Source of the DNA: Octopus sinensis
Lineage: Eukaryota
Assembly: GCF_006345805.1 (NCBI RefSeq)
Contig: NC_043009.1
Location: forward strand, 70,060,001 to 70,124,000
Direction of reading: 5' to 3'
Length of the DNA stretch: 64,000 bases
In this document: positions 14,545 through 27,798 of the stretch, piece after piece
How positions within the stretch are numbered: position 1 is the first letter of the stretch
How the letters are laid out: each line of letters begins with the position of its first letter
The notes under the pieces: model-generated
What the model saw: the letters and a program-made list of their open reading frames with translations, nothing else
What the model was told of the DNA's origin: nothing
The model's database searches: none
Position numbers and translations under genes: made by a program

Positions 14545-15958
14545 GCGTGTGTGTGTATGAGTATATAAATATAAACAACCTAACGTGCGTATATAGGCAT
14601 ATATCTGTGCGTCAATATATATTTGCGTATTTACGTGTGGGTGGGGTTTTGCGCGTGCATACACTCACACGCACATGTATACATACATACGTACATACAC
14701 ACATACATATATGCTTTCATAAGATACTCATCTACTATTCTGCAACAAGCAAACAATAAACAAAAGCAAGAAAGCGCAAATATTAAGTGTACTAATGATA
14801 TATATATATATATATATATACCTACATACGTATGTATATACACACATATACATATATAACACACATACATGCCTGTGTGAGTGTAAGAACGTATATTCAC
14901 TCATTTTCTGGTTATGTTGGATCTTTTTGTCTGTTTTTTGTTAATTTATTTCCTCGCCCGTCAGTAATTTGGCTTTTGAGGTCCTGACTTTCAAGTTAAC
15001 TCCTTGCCGGGTGATAGAGATGATATCGTATGCAGATAAGCCATACGTTTTCTAGCTGGCTAATGGAATACATTAAATCAATAGGAGCCCCGATCAAATG
15101 ATCTAAAAGATAAGTAAATGGATGAAACGTACTTATGTGGTTAAAAAAAAAAAGGTAAAAAAAAAAAAAGGAAGAAAGCGGCGTTTCTCTCTTTTACTTG
15201 GGGTGGCTGGATCTCGATTTTCCTTGTCCCCACTTTTCTTGTTTTAGTTGTTGCTGGTTTTGTTTCAGTTCCAAACTTAATGGATTTATTGCTGACAATA
15301 TCCTTCCTACCGATTCCAACTTTCATTCATTAGCCATGACGATAAGTTTCTTCGCTGTGTTAATTTTATATCCATTGACGAGAAGACATGAATTTGATAG
15401 GAGTCGTGTACGATTCGGCTATGAAGCTACGAGCTGCCCCCATCATTTCTCACAAATCATTATTATCATAGATGTTCTTGAATTTTATCCTTAGTGAGGT
15501 TTGTCATTTGAAGGAGATGCTTTATTACATTTGTTGTTGTTGTTGTTGCTTTTGTCTATTGAAATCCGATTTCCATAAAGAGTTAACATATTACTACTAG
15601 CATTAGGTCTGTATTTTATCTCAACCTGTTACGCAACGTTGGCCCGCTCACACGCTGGAGTCTACAGACATTTGACTTAGTGTTATGCGCAAATGCACAC
15701 ATACCTATAAAGATAAAATGTACCAAAAGAGAGAAAGAGAGAGAGAGAGAGAGAAAGTGTGAGTGAGAGAGAGATATATATAGAGAGAGTACTTATCAAA
15801 ATACATTCTTTGCAATTATACCGAAAAATATTTCTTTTGTGCAAAGCGATTAGCAGAGAGCTCAATAAAAGGTGAAGAAAACTACCTTTAGAACAATAAT
15901 ATATTGTTCAGCGAAGAAGCGACTGAAAATAAAATCAGGCTTTACATTTTATATATTA

Positions 15959-16471
15959 CTAGCAGTATCGCCCGGCGTTGCTCGGGTTTGTAAGGGAAAT
16001 AACTATATAAGCATTTTTAGAGAGTTACTTCCTTTATAGATGCCAATTCGGGCTTTCTTAGCCATTTCTGTTTTGGTGTCTTCAAGCCATGAAGTCGTTG
16101 TTCTAAAAGAACGCTGGTCTCCTTGACAACGCATTACGACGTTGATTTCCTTACACTCCCTTCCCCACAGCTTCACGAGGGAGGGAAGAAGGGGGAGAAG
16201 CAAACAGGTGCAGGTGTGACCATGGACGCCAACTCCGCCGCCATCGACACACGAAAAATTATGCATTAAAATGGAATAAAAAATGATGTTAAATTATTTT
16301 TAAAATCGTAGACTCATCGTAGACGCGCGCTAATACCCAGACGGGCTCGATATTAATCACGACTATAAGATACCCGAATTTAGTTAAACTGCACCGCAAA
16401 ATGTGAGAGGAGTTAGGAATCTAAATCGTAGGAGACAGACACTCACACAACTACAGTTTTATATATATAGA
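15959..16471 (-). mobile_element. non-autonomous Helitron (513 bp)
   Basis: On the minus strand it starts A|TCTATATATATAAA and ends CTAG|T. A GC-rich hairpin CCCGAGCAACGCCGGG (15971-15986) lies 8 nt before the terminal CTAG. Inserted between A and T with no TSD. Confidence 0.9.
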
Positions 16472-16522
16472 TATATTTATTCAAAATGATACTTGATGTA
16501 TCTTCGAGTCCATTTTATCCAA

Positions 16523-16560
<38 letters not shown>

Positions 16561-17451
16561 ATACATATGCGCGCGCGCGTGTGTGTATATTTATGTATAT
16601 ATGTATGAGTGTTTGACTCGTCACACTGACATATTCACATATGCGTACATCAGGAAATTTGAAACAATGATCTGGTTAGCCTTATGTAAGTGTTGTATCG
16701 ATTCACCAAACTATAAATATAATCAGAAATTTTAAACCCCACGAAAACCTAAGAATATATGTAAACCCTTCAAACTAGAGATAATAAAAATCCGCAAAAC
16801 GCAAAGCTACGCAAATATGATATCGATTTGAAGACGCGATCAGAAAAACTTTAGAAAGTTCAAACACTGAAGCAGATCCGTTAACCGAACAAAGCTTCAT
16901 AATTTTTTTTTCTGAATAACATATATAACTTAGAAATGTTTCCACAAAAGGTTGTCATGCCTAGCTTAATAGCACCCCCTGAGACGACCTGTTAAGTAGT
17001 TCTTAAGTCAAGATTTCCGGTATCAAAGTAATGATAACTTCTGCGTAGAGTAAGCAGTGTACTTGCAATGGGCAGCAAATCCATTTATGTTGTGAAATTC
17101 ATCGTAAAAAAGTTCACATGCAGCCATTACTGCGCTGGAATACACGGAATCGTTTGGAATAATTAAAACAGATTAGTTACACAAGTGTGTGCCATATTAT
17201 TTAAAAATCTAACATATTGTTGTATGCCACATTAATCACCAGTCTATAATTTTACTCTTTGGAGATTTAATGAATATCACAAAGCGAAACAAAAGCAAAA
17301 AAAAAAATAATAATAATAAAATTAACCCTATAATAATAATTAATAAAACATTACGGGACGAGACGAAGGGCTGAACTTTTTTTTTTGCTCAGTTTCATAA
17401 ATGACGCCATCAAAATTGTTTCACATATCGTGACATGTTGCTTTCTCTTTT

Positions 17452-17700
<249 letters not shown>

Positions 17701-18524
17701 GTCTGTTTGTCTGACTCTGCGCGCGCGTGTGTATTGTCCTTTTATTTTAATTATATGCATGCAGTCTTCGTCTGAGGAAAGAGATGGCTTCTCACAAAAT
17801 ACAAAACCCCGTCGTTGAAGTGTGTATGTATGTATGTATGTATGTATGTATGTGTGGAGTAACTCAAATGTCAATTATAAAATATACCAAAAGAGAATGA
17901 AGTAAAGAAAAACAAAAACAAAACAAAAAGATTGAACGGCACAGTTACACAATTATTGAACAATTAGAATCAATGAACATAATTGCCGCAGATTAGTGAG
18001 TAAATATTGAATTATCAGCGGGTCATTCCTGTATTTGGAAAAAAAGAAACAAAAACAAACAAAAAAGTTTTGAATTATTTCTAAAGATGTGTTGTGGAGA
18101 CTGGGTGGGCACGGCTCTCTCCCACTCTACCTCCTCTCTCATCTTCTCACCATATGTGTGTGTGTGTGTGTGCATGTGTGTGTGTGTGTGTTTGTGTGTG
18201 TGTATGTGTGTGTGTAAACGCATACAGAAATGCTTCTGATTGGTAAGGAAAAATATGCTGTACTGAAAACATGGTGTAGAGTGCATTCATGTATTGTTTA
18301 ACCGGAGACTTCAATCATAAAGCGAGTTGCATGCTCTGCAACGTTTCAGGTCACCAACCAGAAAGTTTTCAGAACTAGAAGCTCTATGAATTTGTTTCGA
18401 TACACACATAAGTTCCAGCAGAAAAGTTTGAAAGGAGTTTTTTCTCCTGGCGAACTACGACAGCGAATGGCACATTCACGTTCGAATGTGCCGGAATACC
18501 TAAACACTGCTTTGTGCTAATGCC

Positions 18525-18680
18525 TCGAAACCCGGCTGTGCGTTTTGTCCTGAGCAAAGCACTTCATTTAATGTTGCTTCAGTCCATCAGCTGGCAAAAA
18601 TGTATTTCAAAGGGACAATCTTGTCACACTCTGTGTCCTGAGAACTACACGTGTCAGTAGAGTGCTAAGTTACCTGTACG
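18525..18680 (+). mobile_element. degenerate SINE family B fragment (duplicated at ~20105-20260)
   Basis: TTGTCCTGAGCAAAGCACTTCATTT...CAGCTGGCAAAAA...TTGTCACACTCTGTGT..CTGAGAACTAC. Confidence 0.7.
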
Positions 18681-18753
18681 CCAATTTCATCAGCAGTTAA
18701 ACGGACCAACTGGAATACACGTCGTTGGAACATACAGAACGCTAGTTTACACG

Positions 18754-18786
<33 letters not shown>

Positions 18787-19254
18787 GCCTCCTCTTTTCG
18801 AAAATATAAGGACACAGATAGTGTTTCGTTTGGCCAGCTAGAGGCAATATTTCCTAGGGCTAAACAACATAAGCACAGCCGAAACTGCTATATTATATTG
18901 GCAAATAATCTTTATTTTAAAGTACTGTTACTGAATGTCTCTCGTTGAGAGACATTTAGAAATAATAATGTTTCAATTTAGTAGAAAAATTATAGATTTT
19001 CGAACGGAGATTTTAGCAGCACCATCCTCAGCCGAGCACCACTCTCTGCCGATGAAAGGAAATAACTCTGAAACTGTAGTCCACAGATATTGCTCTGTGC
19101 TGGGGTGAGGTGGGGTGGCTAAACTCTCCTGACCGAAAATATAAGGCCACAGTGTATTGTATCGCCAGCTGGAGACGGTGTTTCCTAGGGCTAAACAGTA
19201 GCGTTCATCCCAACCGGGACTGACATACTATAGTGGCAAATAATTTTTACTTAT

Positions 19255-19307
<53 letters not shown>

Positions 19308-19335
19308 ATCTATATATACATATATACATAATTTG

Positions 19336-19401
<66 letters not shown>

Positions 19402-19416
19402 GAGATAGAGAGAGGA

Positions 19417-19549
19417 GTTAATCCAAACATGAGAACACAAAGAGAAACATAACAACGCGAGGACGTGGAACAAATATAGTAACATTGGACGCTCAGGAAG
19501 GAAGGGAGAAGGAGGGTTTAACGTTCGAGCGGAGCTCTTCGTCCAGATA
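19417..19549 (-). mobile_element. family F short element with degenerate hammerhead-like motif (19516-19549)
   Basis: Minus strand reads GTAT CTGGACGA A GAGC TCC GCTC GAAC GTT AAAC; otherwise colinear with 47956-48090. Confidence 0.8.
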
Positions 19550-19586
19550 CACACACGCACTTATATATATATATATATATATATAT

Positions 19587-19645
<59 letters not shown>

Positions 19646-19701
19646 TATTTGTATGTATATATATATTTGTATGTGTATATATATATATATATATATATAC
19701 G

Positions 19702-19753
<52 letters not shown>

Positions 19754-20334
19754 TGTGGTGTGTGTGTGTGTTTGTGTGTGTGTATGTGTGTGTGTAAACG
19801 CATACAGAAATGCTTCTGATTGGTAAGGAAAAATATGCTGTACTGAAAACATGGTGTAGAGTGCATTCATGTATTGTTTAACCGGAGACTTCAATCATAA
19901 AGCGAGTTGCATGCTCTGCAACGTTTCAGGTCACCAACCAGAAAGTTTTCAGAACTAGAAGCTCTATGAATTTGTTTCGATACACACATAAGTTCCAGCA
20001 GAAAAGTTTGAAAGGAGTTTTTTCTCCTGGCGAACTACGACAGCGAATGGCACATTCACGTTCGAATGTGCCGGAATACCTAAACACTGCTTTGTGCTAA
20101 TGCCTCGAAACCCGGCTGTGCGTTTTGTCCTTGAGCAAAGCACTTCATTTAATGTTGCTTCAGTCCATCAGCTGGCAAAAATGTATTTCAAAGGGACAAT
20201 CTTGTCACACTCTGTGTCCTGAGAACTACACGTGTCAGTAGAGTGCTAAGTTACCTGTACGCCAATTTCATCAGCAGTTAAACGGACCAACTGGAATACA
20301 CGTCGTTGGAACATACAGAACGCTAGTTTACACG

Positions 20335-20365
<31 letters not shown>

Positions 20366-20836
20366 GCCTCCTCTTTTCGAAAAATAAGGACACAGATAGT
20401 GTTTCGTTTGGCCAGCTAGAGGCAATATTTCCTAGGGCTAAACAACATAAGCACAGCCGAAACTGCTATATTATATTGGCAAATAATCTTTATTTTAAAG
20501 TACTGTTACTGAATGTCTCTCGTTGAGAGACATTTAGAAATAATAATGTTTCAATTTAGTAGAAAAATTATAGATTTTCGAACGGAGATTTTAGCAGCAC
20601 CATCCTCAGCCGAGCACCACTCTCTGCCGATGAAAGGAAATAACTCTGAAACTGTAGTCCACAGATATTGCTCTGTGCTGGGGTGAGGTGGGGTGGCTAA
20701 ACTCTCCTGACCGAAAATATAAGGCCACAGTGTATTGTATCGCCAGCTGGAGACGGTGTTTCCTAGGGCTAAACAGTAGCATTCATCCAACCGGGACTGA
20801 CATACTATAGTGGCAATAATTTTTACTTATATAATA

Positions 20837-20927
<91 letters not shown>

Positions 20928-21016
20928 ATCTATATATACATATATACATATATTTGTCTCTCTCTCTCTCTCTCTAATATATATATATATATATATATCT
21001 ATATATATATATATAT

Positions 21017-21071
<55 letters not shown>

Positions 21072-21126
21072 TATTTGTATGTATATATATATATTTGTAT
21101 GTGTATATATATATATATATATATAC

Positions 21127-21177
<51 letters not shown>

Positions 21178-21318
21178 TGTGTGTGTGTGTGTGTGTATGT
21201 CTGTATGCATAATTGGCAGTATATAACCGTATATTACTCTTTAGATTCTTGTCTGCAAGCGTTAATATATTGACACAATGTGCTCTATTAAACATTTATA
21301 TTTTACTCTCTTTGTTTC

Positions 21319-21369
<51 letters not shown>

Positions 21370-21706
21370 CTCACACACATACGCACCACACACATACATA
21401 CACACGATATCTACAATTGCATTCGATTGTATTCAAATTTCCAAAAGGTTTCCTTTTGTTCAATGCAGCAATAATCTTAGTCTGAATCGAGTATATTTTA
21501 TCTTCACTGCAATATATCGAACTAATGTAATTTTGACTTCACGCAGTCATTTTGTATTTTTCATTAAAATTTCTTTATCCTTAGGTTAGCAAAAATATAA
21601 TAAAAGAATAGCTTCATATAATAAATTGTCGTTTTTAAACCAAATACCCCCTCAAAACTATTGTATTGTTAACTAAGATACCATATATATGTGTGTGTGT
21701 GTGTGT

Positions 21707-21748
<42 letters not shown>

Positions 21749-23032
21749 GTGTTTAAAGATGTCTTAGTAATATAGCTTGTTCGCTCATCAGTATAACGCT
21801 TGAATTCATTTAATTGGTTTGAATTCTTGTAGTTGTAGCAGTGATGGAGCACAGCACAAATGAGTTTTTAGGACACTAGTTGGTATATCGGCGACTTTTA
21901 AACATATAAGTCAAGATATTTGAAAGTCCTTTCTAAACAAGGAACAAGAATTTTCTGTATATTTTACTAAATTTTTGACTTTCAAAGAGATGTTTTTTTT
22001 TGAAAACTACTTTTGCGACGTTCGCAATTCCTTATTTTTCTTTCATTTTGAGTCACAAAACCAGAATTATAGAAAAAGTTCTATGTGGTAATATGCGCCC
22101 TCCCACCTACTCCTCATCACTTTATGCAGTTCTTCTTCTCCAGAAGTAAGACCTTTGTATGTCGTCTCTTTCCGTGCTTCTTTTTCCTTGCAAGTCCTAT
22201 GCAGACCAAATACACAATCCCTTCGTCTAGACTCTTGACCAAATAAGGAAAAAAAAAAAAAGAAAGAAAGAAAGAAAAGAATCCCTTAAATCACACTTTG
22301 TTGTCTGTAAAAGAAAAGGTTGGAGATGGATCCGTTTGATAACCTATTTCTAGATGCATGAGAACACGGAAATGAATGAGATTTGAGCGATTTTCATCAA
22401 ATTATGGTTGGATTAAGGTAAAACAACAGCAACCAGGATATCCTCAAACCGTCTTCAGGAGGTCATAAAACACCGAAACCCGATGTGAATCGATGGCCTA
22501 TCGATGGAGTACCAAGAGTTTTGACGACATTCCTTACTTGATTTATGCCAGTAGCTCAATTGTGTTATTTCCCTGGGTGGATTGCTACCTACGGGTCAAA
22601 CCTTTTTCTATACATAAAATCTCTGTAAACTGATCGCGCAGTTTATATTTTCACTATTGTCCAATGAAGAGACACAATAAGACCGAAACAAACCGGCAGC
22701 TGTCAACTGAACAGGCTTAACGTTTTCCATGTAAGCATGCGTAGGAATATATTTTTGTGAAATTAATTCTTTTTTTTCAAATTATTTCTCTGGTTCTTGA
22801 TAAATTGGTTTACAAGTGCCACTGAGAATCCCAAACTCAGGGGGAAATTTAAATCACTTGAGAATATTTTGTGGACGTGAAATGTTCTAATTCTCGTGCT
22901 ACATTTCTGGGTTTTGGAGTAAACGTCTATTTTGTGTGTTTTTGTTCATACGTTTAAATGCATGTGTAAGAATAACAAGAAGGAAATGCGTGAGGAAGGA
23001 GGGAAGAAAGAGCGAGAGGAGAATGAACGATT

Positions 23033-23080
<48 letters not shown>

Positions 23081-23837
23081 GTATATATATAAAGGAGAGA
23101 GAGGAGACAGAGAGAGAGAGAGAGAGAGCTGATTTGCAACAGTATTCCAGCTATAACATCTCTTTCAGTGGGCATCATATTCCTAGTACTATGGTAACTA
23201 GGGTGCACTACTTTCTGAAGCTGATCGCAGACATTTTTTTGTTTGTTTGTTTTTCATCTTGATTTGCTTGGAATTAAGCAGCACCACAGAGAATTGCTTT
23301 TTTGCAATTTAAGGAGGCAATTTAAGGCCTGCTGCTGTTCATGTCGACAGCATTGCTTTTTGCGTTAAACCTTTTCTGATCGGGATTTTGGATAATTTGA
23401 CAATTGAGCTCATTTGGGACCATCTACTAATACTGAAACATTCATAATAGAATAGTAATCCCTTTTCGGTTATTTGCTAACGAGTAAAAGTTTTCTTTGA
23501 AAACCTACGATCTGTTCACAAATGCAGTTCTTGATTGTGTCTCGGTTGTAGATGTGTGACGGAACAAAACAACAAAGAAACGGAAAATTCTTACGAGAAA
23601 TTTTGTTATTGATTTAACTGTCCTTCACATAATCGATAAAAAATTTGATTAATTTTTCAAATGATTTTCACCGAAATCGTATTTAAAGTTCATGTCAGTA
23701 TTTTATGCCGCACATTTTCTAAATTCCGGACAGCTTCTGTCTTTGGTAAATAAATGTCTACTTGTATCATGTCCATTAAATATATGAGTATGTTGATATT
23801 TATCTTTTTATGTGTGTGAATATATGTATATATACAT

Positions 23838-23895
23838 GCGTGTGCGTGTGAACGCGTGTGCGTGTGAACGCGTGTGCGTGTGAACGCGTGTGCGC
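23838..23895. repeat. 16-bp minisatellite (GCGTGTGCGTGTGAAC) x3.6
   Basis: Three exact units plus a partial unit. Confidence 0.9.
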
Positions 23896-24726
23896 ATGCG
23901 TAATTTAATATTGGGGTCAAAATCGATTATACTTATAAACAAATCATTATTTTTTTTAATCATAAACATGGTATTCTGCTGCAGATATTTAATACCGCGT
24001 TATTATATTTTGCTGAATGGTTTTAATAAGAGCGAAACATCTCTGGAACTTTCACCGCATCTACTAAACATGAATGTTTCCTTCCTTCCCAGATTTAAAA
24101 AGTTCAACAACAACAGACTGAAACTCAAGTATCTGAACTCATTTAATTTGATTTAGAATTTCACTAACTACTTTTACTTATGTTTGGTCCATTTGATCAT
24201 TGATGCGCAATGTTTGCCCCACTCCTGCACTGCTCTCATTCACACGGCATTGGACATGTTATCAATTATTCTACTGTTTACATTCATGGATGTTTCTGGA
24301 ATATATCGAACTAAGAAGGACGCCTTCCAATGATCGCTCTTACTTTCAATAGATTTTTCCAGTTATAAAATTTTATATTCTAATAATTAGCAATGTGTTG
24401 AATAATATACAGTTTTCAAGATCTTAGAAATAATATATCGTGCCTACACACACGCACACATGTATAGTGCACTATATATATATGTATATATATATGAGTG
24501 TGTGTGAGTGTATATGTATACATACTCAAACGCATGCGCGCGCGCACATACATAGACACATAAAGTGCTACTTATCATATGATGGGTAACTTTGGAAGTT
24601 TGCAATAATTGGAATATAATTTTTGTCAAATTTCAGATGTTTGTAGAAAATCAAATAAATACTAATTCTCAAAAGAAAAAAATTTTCTTACGATGAAATT
24701 AAGTAAAACAAAATTCTCATTTATAT

Positions 24727-24743
24727 GACTACTACTACTGCTG

Positions 24744-24799
<56 letters not shown>

Positions 24800-24842
24800 G
24801 CTACTACTACTACTACTACTACTACTACGTCTACTACTACTC
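24727..24842. repeat. (ACT)n microsatellite
   Basis: Direct reading. Confidence 0.95.
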
Positions 24843-24983
24843 TTGCCAAGCTTTGTAATATGTACTCATCAGGATCCTCTTATTTTAACTCTTTTGCACT
24901 CAGTTCCTCTCTCTATACATACATATGATGTACAGTGTGACTAAAAACCAACGAACGAACGTTTATATCGGCTTCTCACATAT

Positions 24984-25016
<33 letters not shown>

Positions 25017-25029
25017 ATGTATATATATA

Positions 25030-25218
25030 GTTGGAATTTACAAAAAAAAAAGACGAAGACTGGTGTGTAAACAATAAACAGATGTATTAGTTTAACGCTC
25101 GGGAAGTGAGAAAGTCTTTTACGTTTCGAGCCTACGCTCTTCAGCAGAAAGGAACACAGAAATAAGTAGAATGGGAGAAAATAAAAAAGGTTTAGTGGCT
25201 AACGATCAATCATGGCGA
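25030..25218 (-). mobile_element. family E short element (~190 bp) in (TA)n context
   Basis: Colinear with 48617-48812 and 45336-45460. Contains the hammerhead-like motif at 25116-25151. Confidence 0.85.
25116..25151 (-). ncRNA. minimal type I hammerhead-ribozyme-like motif (variant core CUGCUGA)
   Basis: CTTT|CTGCTGA|A|GAGC GTAG GCTC|GAAAC|GTA|AAAG: helix I CUUU/AAAG, helix II GAGC/GCUC, palindromic ACGU helix III. Confidence 0.5.
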
Positions 25219-25278
<60 letters not shown>

Positions 25279-25350
25279 GTGTGGTGTGTGGTGTGTGTGT
25301 TGTGTGTGTGTGTGTGGTGTGGTGTGTGTGTGTGTGAGTGTGTGTGTGTG

Positions 25351-25393
<43 letters not shown>

Positions 25394-26052
25394 GTGTGTG
25401 TGTGTGCATGTGTGTGTGTGTAAGTATATAGAAATATATTAATTTTTATTACTATTATTAATTAGCCTGCTGGAAACGTGCGATATCAGTAAATGAAGTA
25501 TCTATATATCTTAGGCGATGAGATAAGGTTGGCATGCGGCCAAGGGACGCCTGCCACTGAGGACGCGCAGGACGCAGAAACCACGTGAACTTGCAGTTCT
25601 TGCGCATTTGCCACTCGGTATATGTGTGCTGCGATATATGTATATACTCTGAGCACCACACACCTATATGAGAGGACTTTTCGAGGCCGGAACACGTTAA
25701 GTAGGATATAAAGATTGCTGTTCTGTACTAATATTGCTTCCGTCGCTGGATTTCCGCATTCACAAAAACTCTGAAACTATTATTCTTAGATATGGAAATT
25801 TCCAATAAAGAGTATTTGTTTGTTCGTTTGTTTGTTTGTGTGTGTGTGTGTGTGTGTGTGTTTGCATACAGACACGCATGGTTATGTGAATATGGATAAG
25901 CCTACACACACACACACACACAAGCACACAGATATATGGCTAGGCATAGCCATATTCACACAACCACTCGCACACTTGCATACACGCACACACATATATT
26001 TGTCAACGAATGATGAATGATCAATAAATGTTGTAGAGTCGAGAGTTGATTT

Positions 26053-26157
26053 AAAATGAATTCCTTTGTCGAGACTCGAGTTTCACGCCATAGCGATTGT
26101 TTTTGCCCGACAATCACTCTGCCGTGAAACTCGATTCGCCACAAAGGAATTTATTTT
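26053..26157. repeat. 48-bp ungapped imperfect inverted repeat with 9-nt loop
   Basis: Arms 26053-26100 and 26110-26157 give 41 Watson-Crick pairs, 1 G-U and 6 mismatches by manual pairing. Confidence 0.9.
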
Positions 26158-26242
26158 CAATGCTATATATGTGTGTGCGTATACAAATGTGTGTTTATAT
26201 GTGTTTATATTGTGTGTGTGTGTGTGTGTATACATATATATG

Positions 26243-26288
<46 letters not shown>

Positions 26289-26766
26289 TATATATATATA
26301 TATATATACTGGTGCATAAATATATGGGAATTTATGCACATGTATGAACGTGAAAAGATGTGGGCACAGACATGTGCAAGCAGTTTAGATGTGTGGTCCC
26401 TAATCATCAATGTTTCTGGTTCAATCCAGTCCACCCTTAATACTGGGGGTCTACGAGTTTACCCCAATTCTTCTGCGGAAAACGACTCAGCGCCAACAGT
26501 GGACATCCGCCTGATCGTCTGCACTAATAGATGAAACTCCCTGCTTTTACATCATAGAGATTTTCCTCTGAGAATAGCGTTAAGAGTAGAAAGGTGGTTG
26601 GGAAATAAAATTATCTGCCAATTACAACTATTTCCTACACATGACCTTACAAATGAATCCTCGTCGAAAGTGACGAAAGATCTCTATTGTGATCATCTGA
26701 GTTACACGTGTATACTTTGCCCCACGTCTGTGTATTGTATAAACTTATAGTCATGTATCTGTGGGA

Positions 26767-26916
26767 ATGACATTCTGGTTGTTAGTTCTCATTCACCGAA
26801 GAAAGACCAAGTTGAAGTTGTGTCTGGTTGCCGTCGTTGGCGCTGCTGTCCTCCTCGTTTTCATTGGTTTCTTTATTTATTCACGAATCATTTCTGCTTA
26901 TGTAGACCGATGCTAA
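26767..26916 (+). CDS. candidate 49-aa small ORF or terminal exon with a single transmembrane-like segment
   Basis: MTFWLLVLIHRRKTKLKLCLVAVVGAAVLLVFIGFFIYSRIISAYVDRC*. Basic patch followed by ~21 hydrophobic residues in non-repetitive DNA. No homology recognised. Confidence 0.2.
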   Translation: MTFWLLVLIHRRKTKLKLCLVAVVGAAVLLVFIGFFIYSRIISAYVDRC

Positions 26917-27505
26917 AAGGTATTTCGGCCCTCAATACCCTGTCTTGTTATGCCCTATGTGTGCTTAAGTCACATGAAGTTTGATTACTGGAATATTAGA
27001 TTATTTTTCGAGTAGATCGAGCGACTTCAGAACGTTTACGTCATGGCGGAGGGGGTTATTGCTAAACCCAAAGCTGCCCTCATTGAGCCTTTTACGATCA
27101 AAGGGATGCCTGCTATGACAATGGTATTCTTTTATTCTGGCAAAGTAAATCTCAGATTACATGCTTTTTACTCAGATAAGTTTCGACAAGAAGCGACCCA
27201 TGCCATAACTAGCTTAATACTCACATCGGAGAAGGCATTTATTGATGCTTCATGTTACAATCATACTTAGGGCACCAGAGATATTCGTCCAGGACCCTAC
27301 ATGTTTCAATGTTATTTGACTTTTTGCCTCTTCTTATGTGTCTTGGCATGATGTTACAGAGAGAGCAGAGTCAGTTGACATGAAATAGTTCTGTCTTAGT
27401 GTTGTAACGGGACGCGAGAATGATTTCTCTAGAGGATGGATGGTCCGGGACCAAACTTTAGGGGAATTTTAAGGTTGATGCCAAATATATAAATATTATT
27501 TAAGG

Positions 27506-27798
27506 CAGTACTTCTCAAACCATCTGATGTGGCGTACGGCAGTTTTTTGTTTTCTTCCAATGTGCCAGGGACCGGTAATATTTCCTAGTAATGTTAATTT
27601 ATACCGGAAACACTATATATAATGAATATAGAAGAAGTTGACAATTTTTTTTCTTATATATATTTTGTAAACAAATAATGCAATATTACATAAAGCATTT
27701 TGTAACGTTTCTTTCTTTTCTGGTAACTCGCCACGTCCAGGCAGCTGTTGGCTCGCAGAACGGCACCGGGCCGCCGTCCACCACTTTAAATGGCACTG
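27506..27798. mobile_element. hAT-type MITE (293 bp)
   Basis: Termini CAGTACTTCTCAAAC ... CTTTAAATGGCACTG resemble hAT CAGTG(G/C)T(T/A)CTCAAA ends. 8-bp flanks ATTTAAGG and GTTTAAGG match 7/8 (TSD). Confidence 0.7.

Larger units (their letters stand above)
18181..21190. repeat. near-identical tandem duplication (copy 1 ~18181-19760; copy 2 ~19761-21190)
   Basis: TGTGTAAACGCATACAGAAA at 18211 and 19791 (offset 1580). About 1 kb of unique sequence differs only by the few single-base indels and one substitution I could see. Copy 2 lacks 19395-19560. Confidence 0.95.

Noticed and set aside
22660-22710. ATGAAGA…GACCGAAAC…CAGCTGTC resembling family I
   Set aside because: C3 is missing and helix II cannot form; at most a decayed relic.
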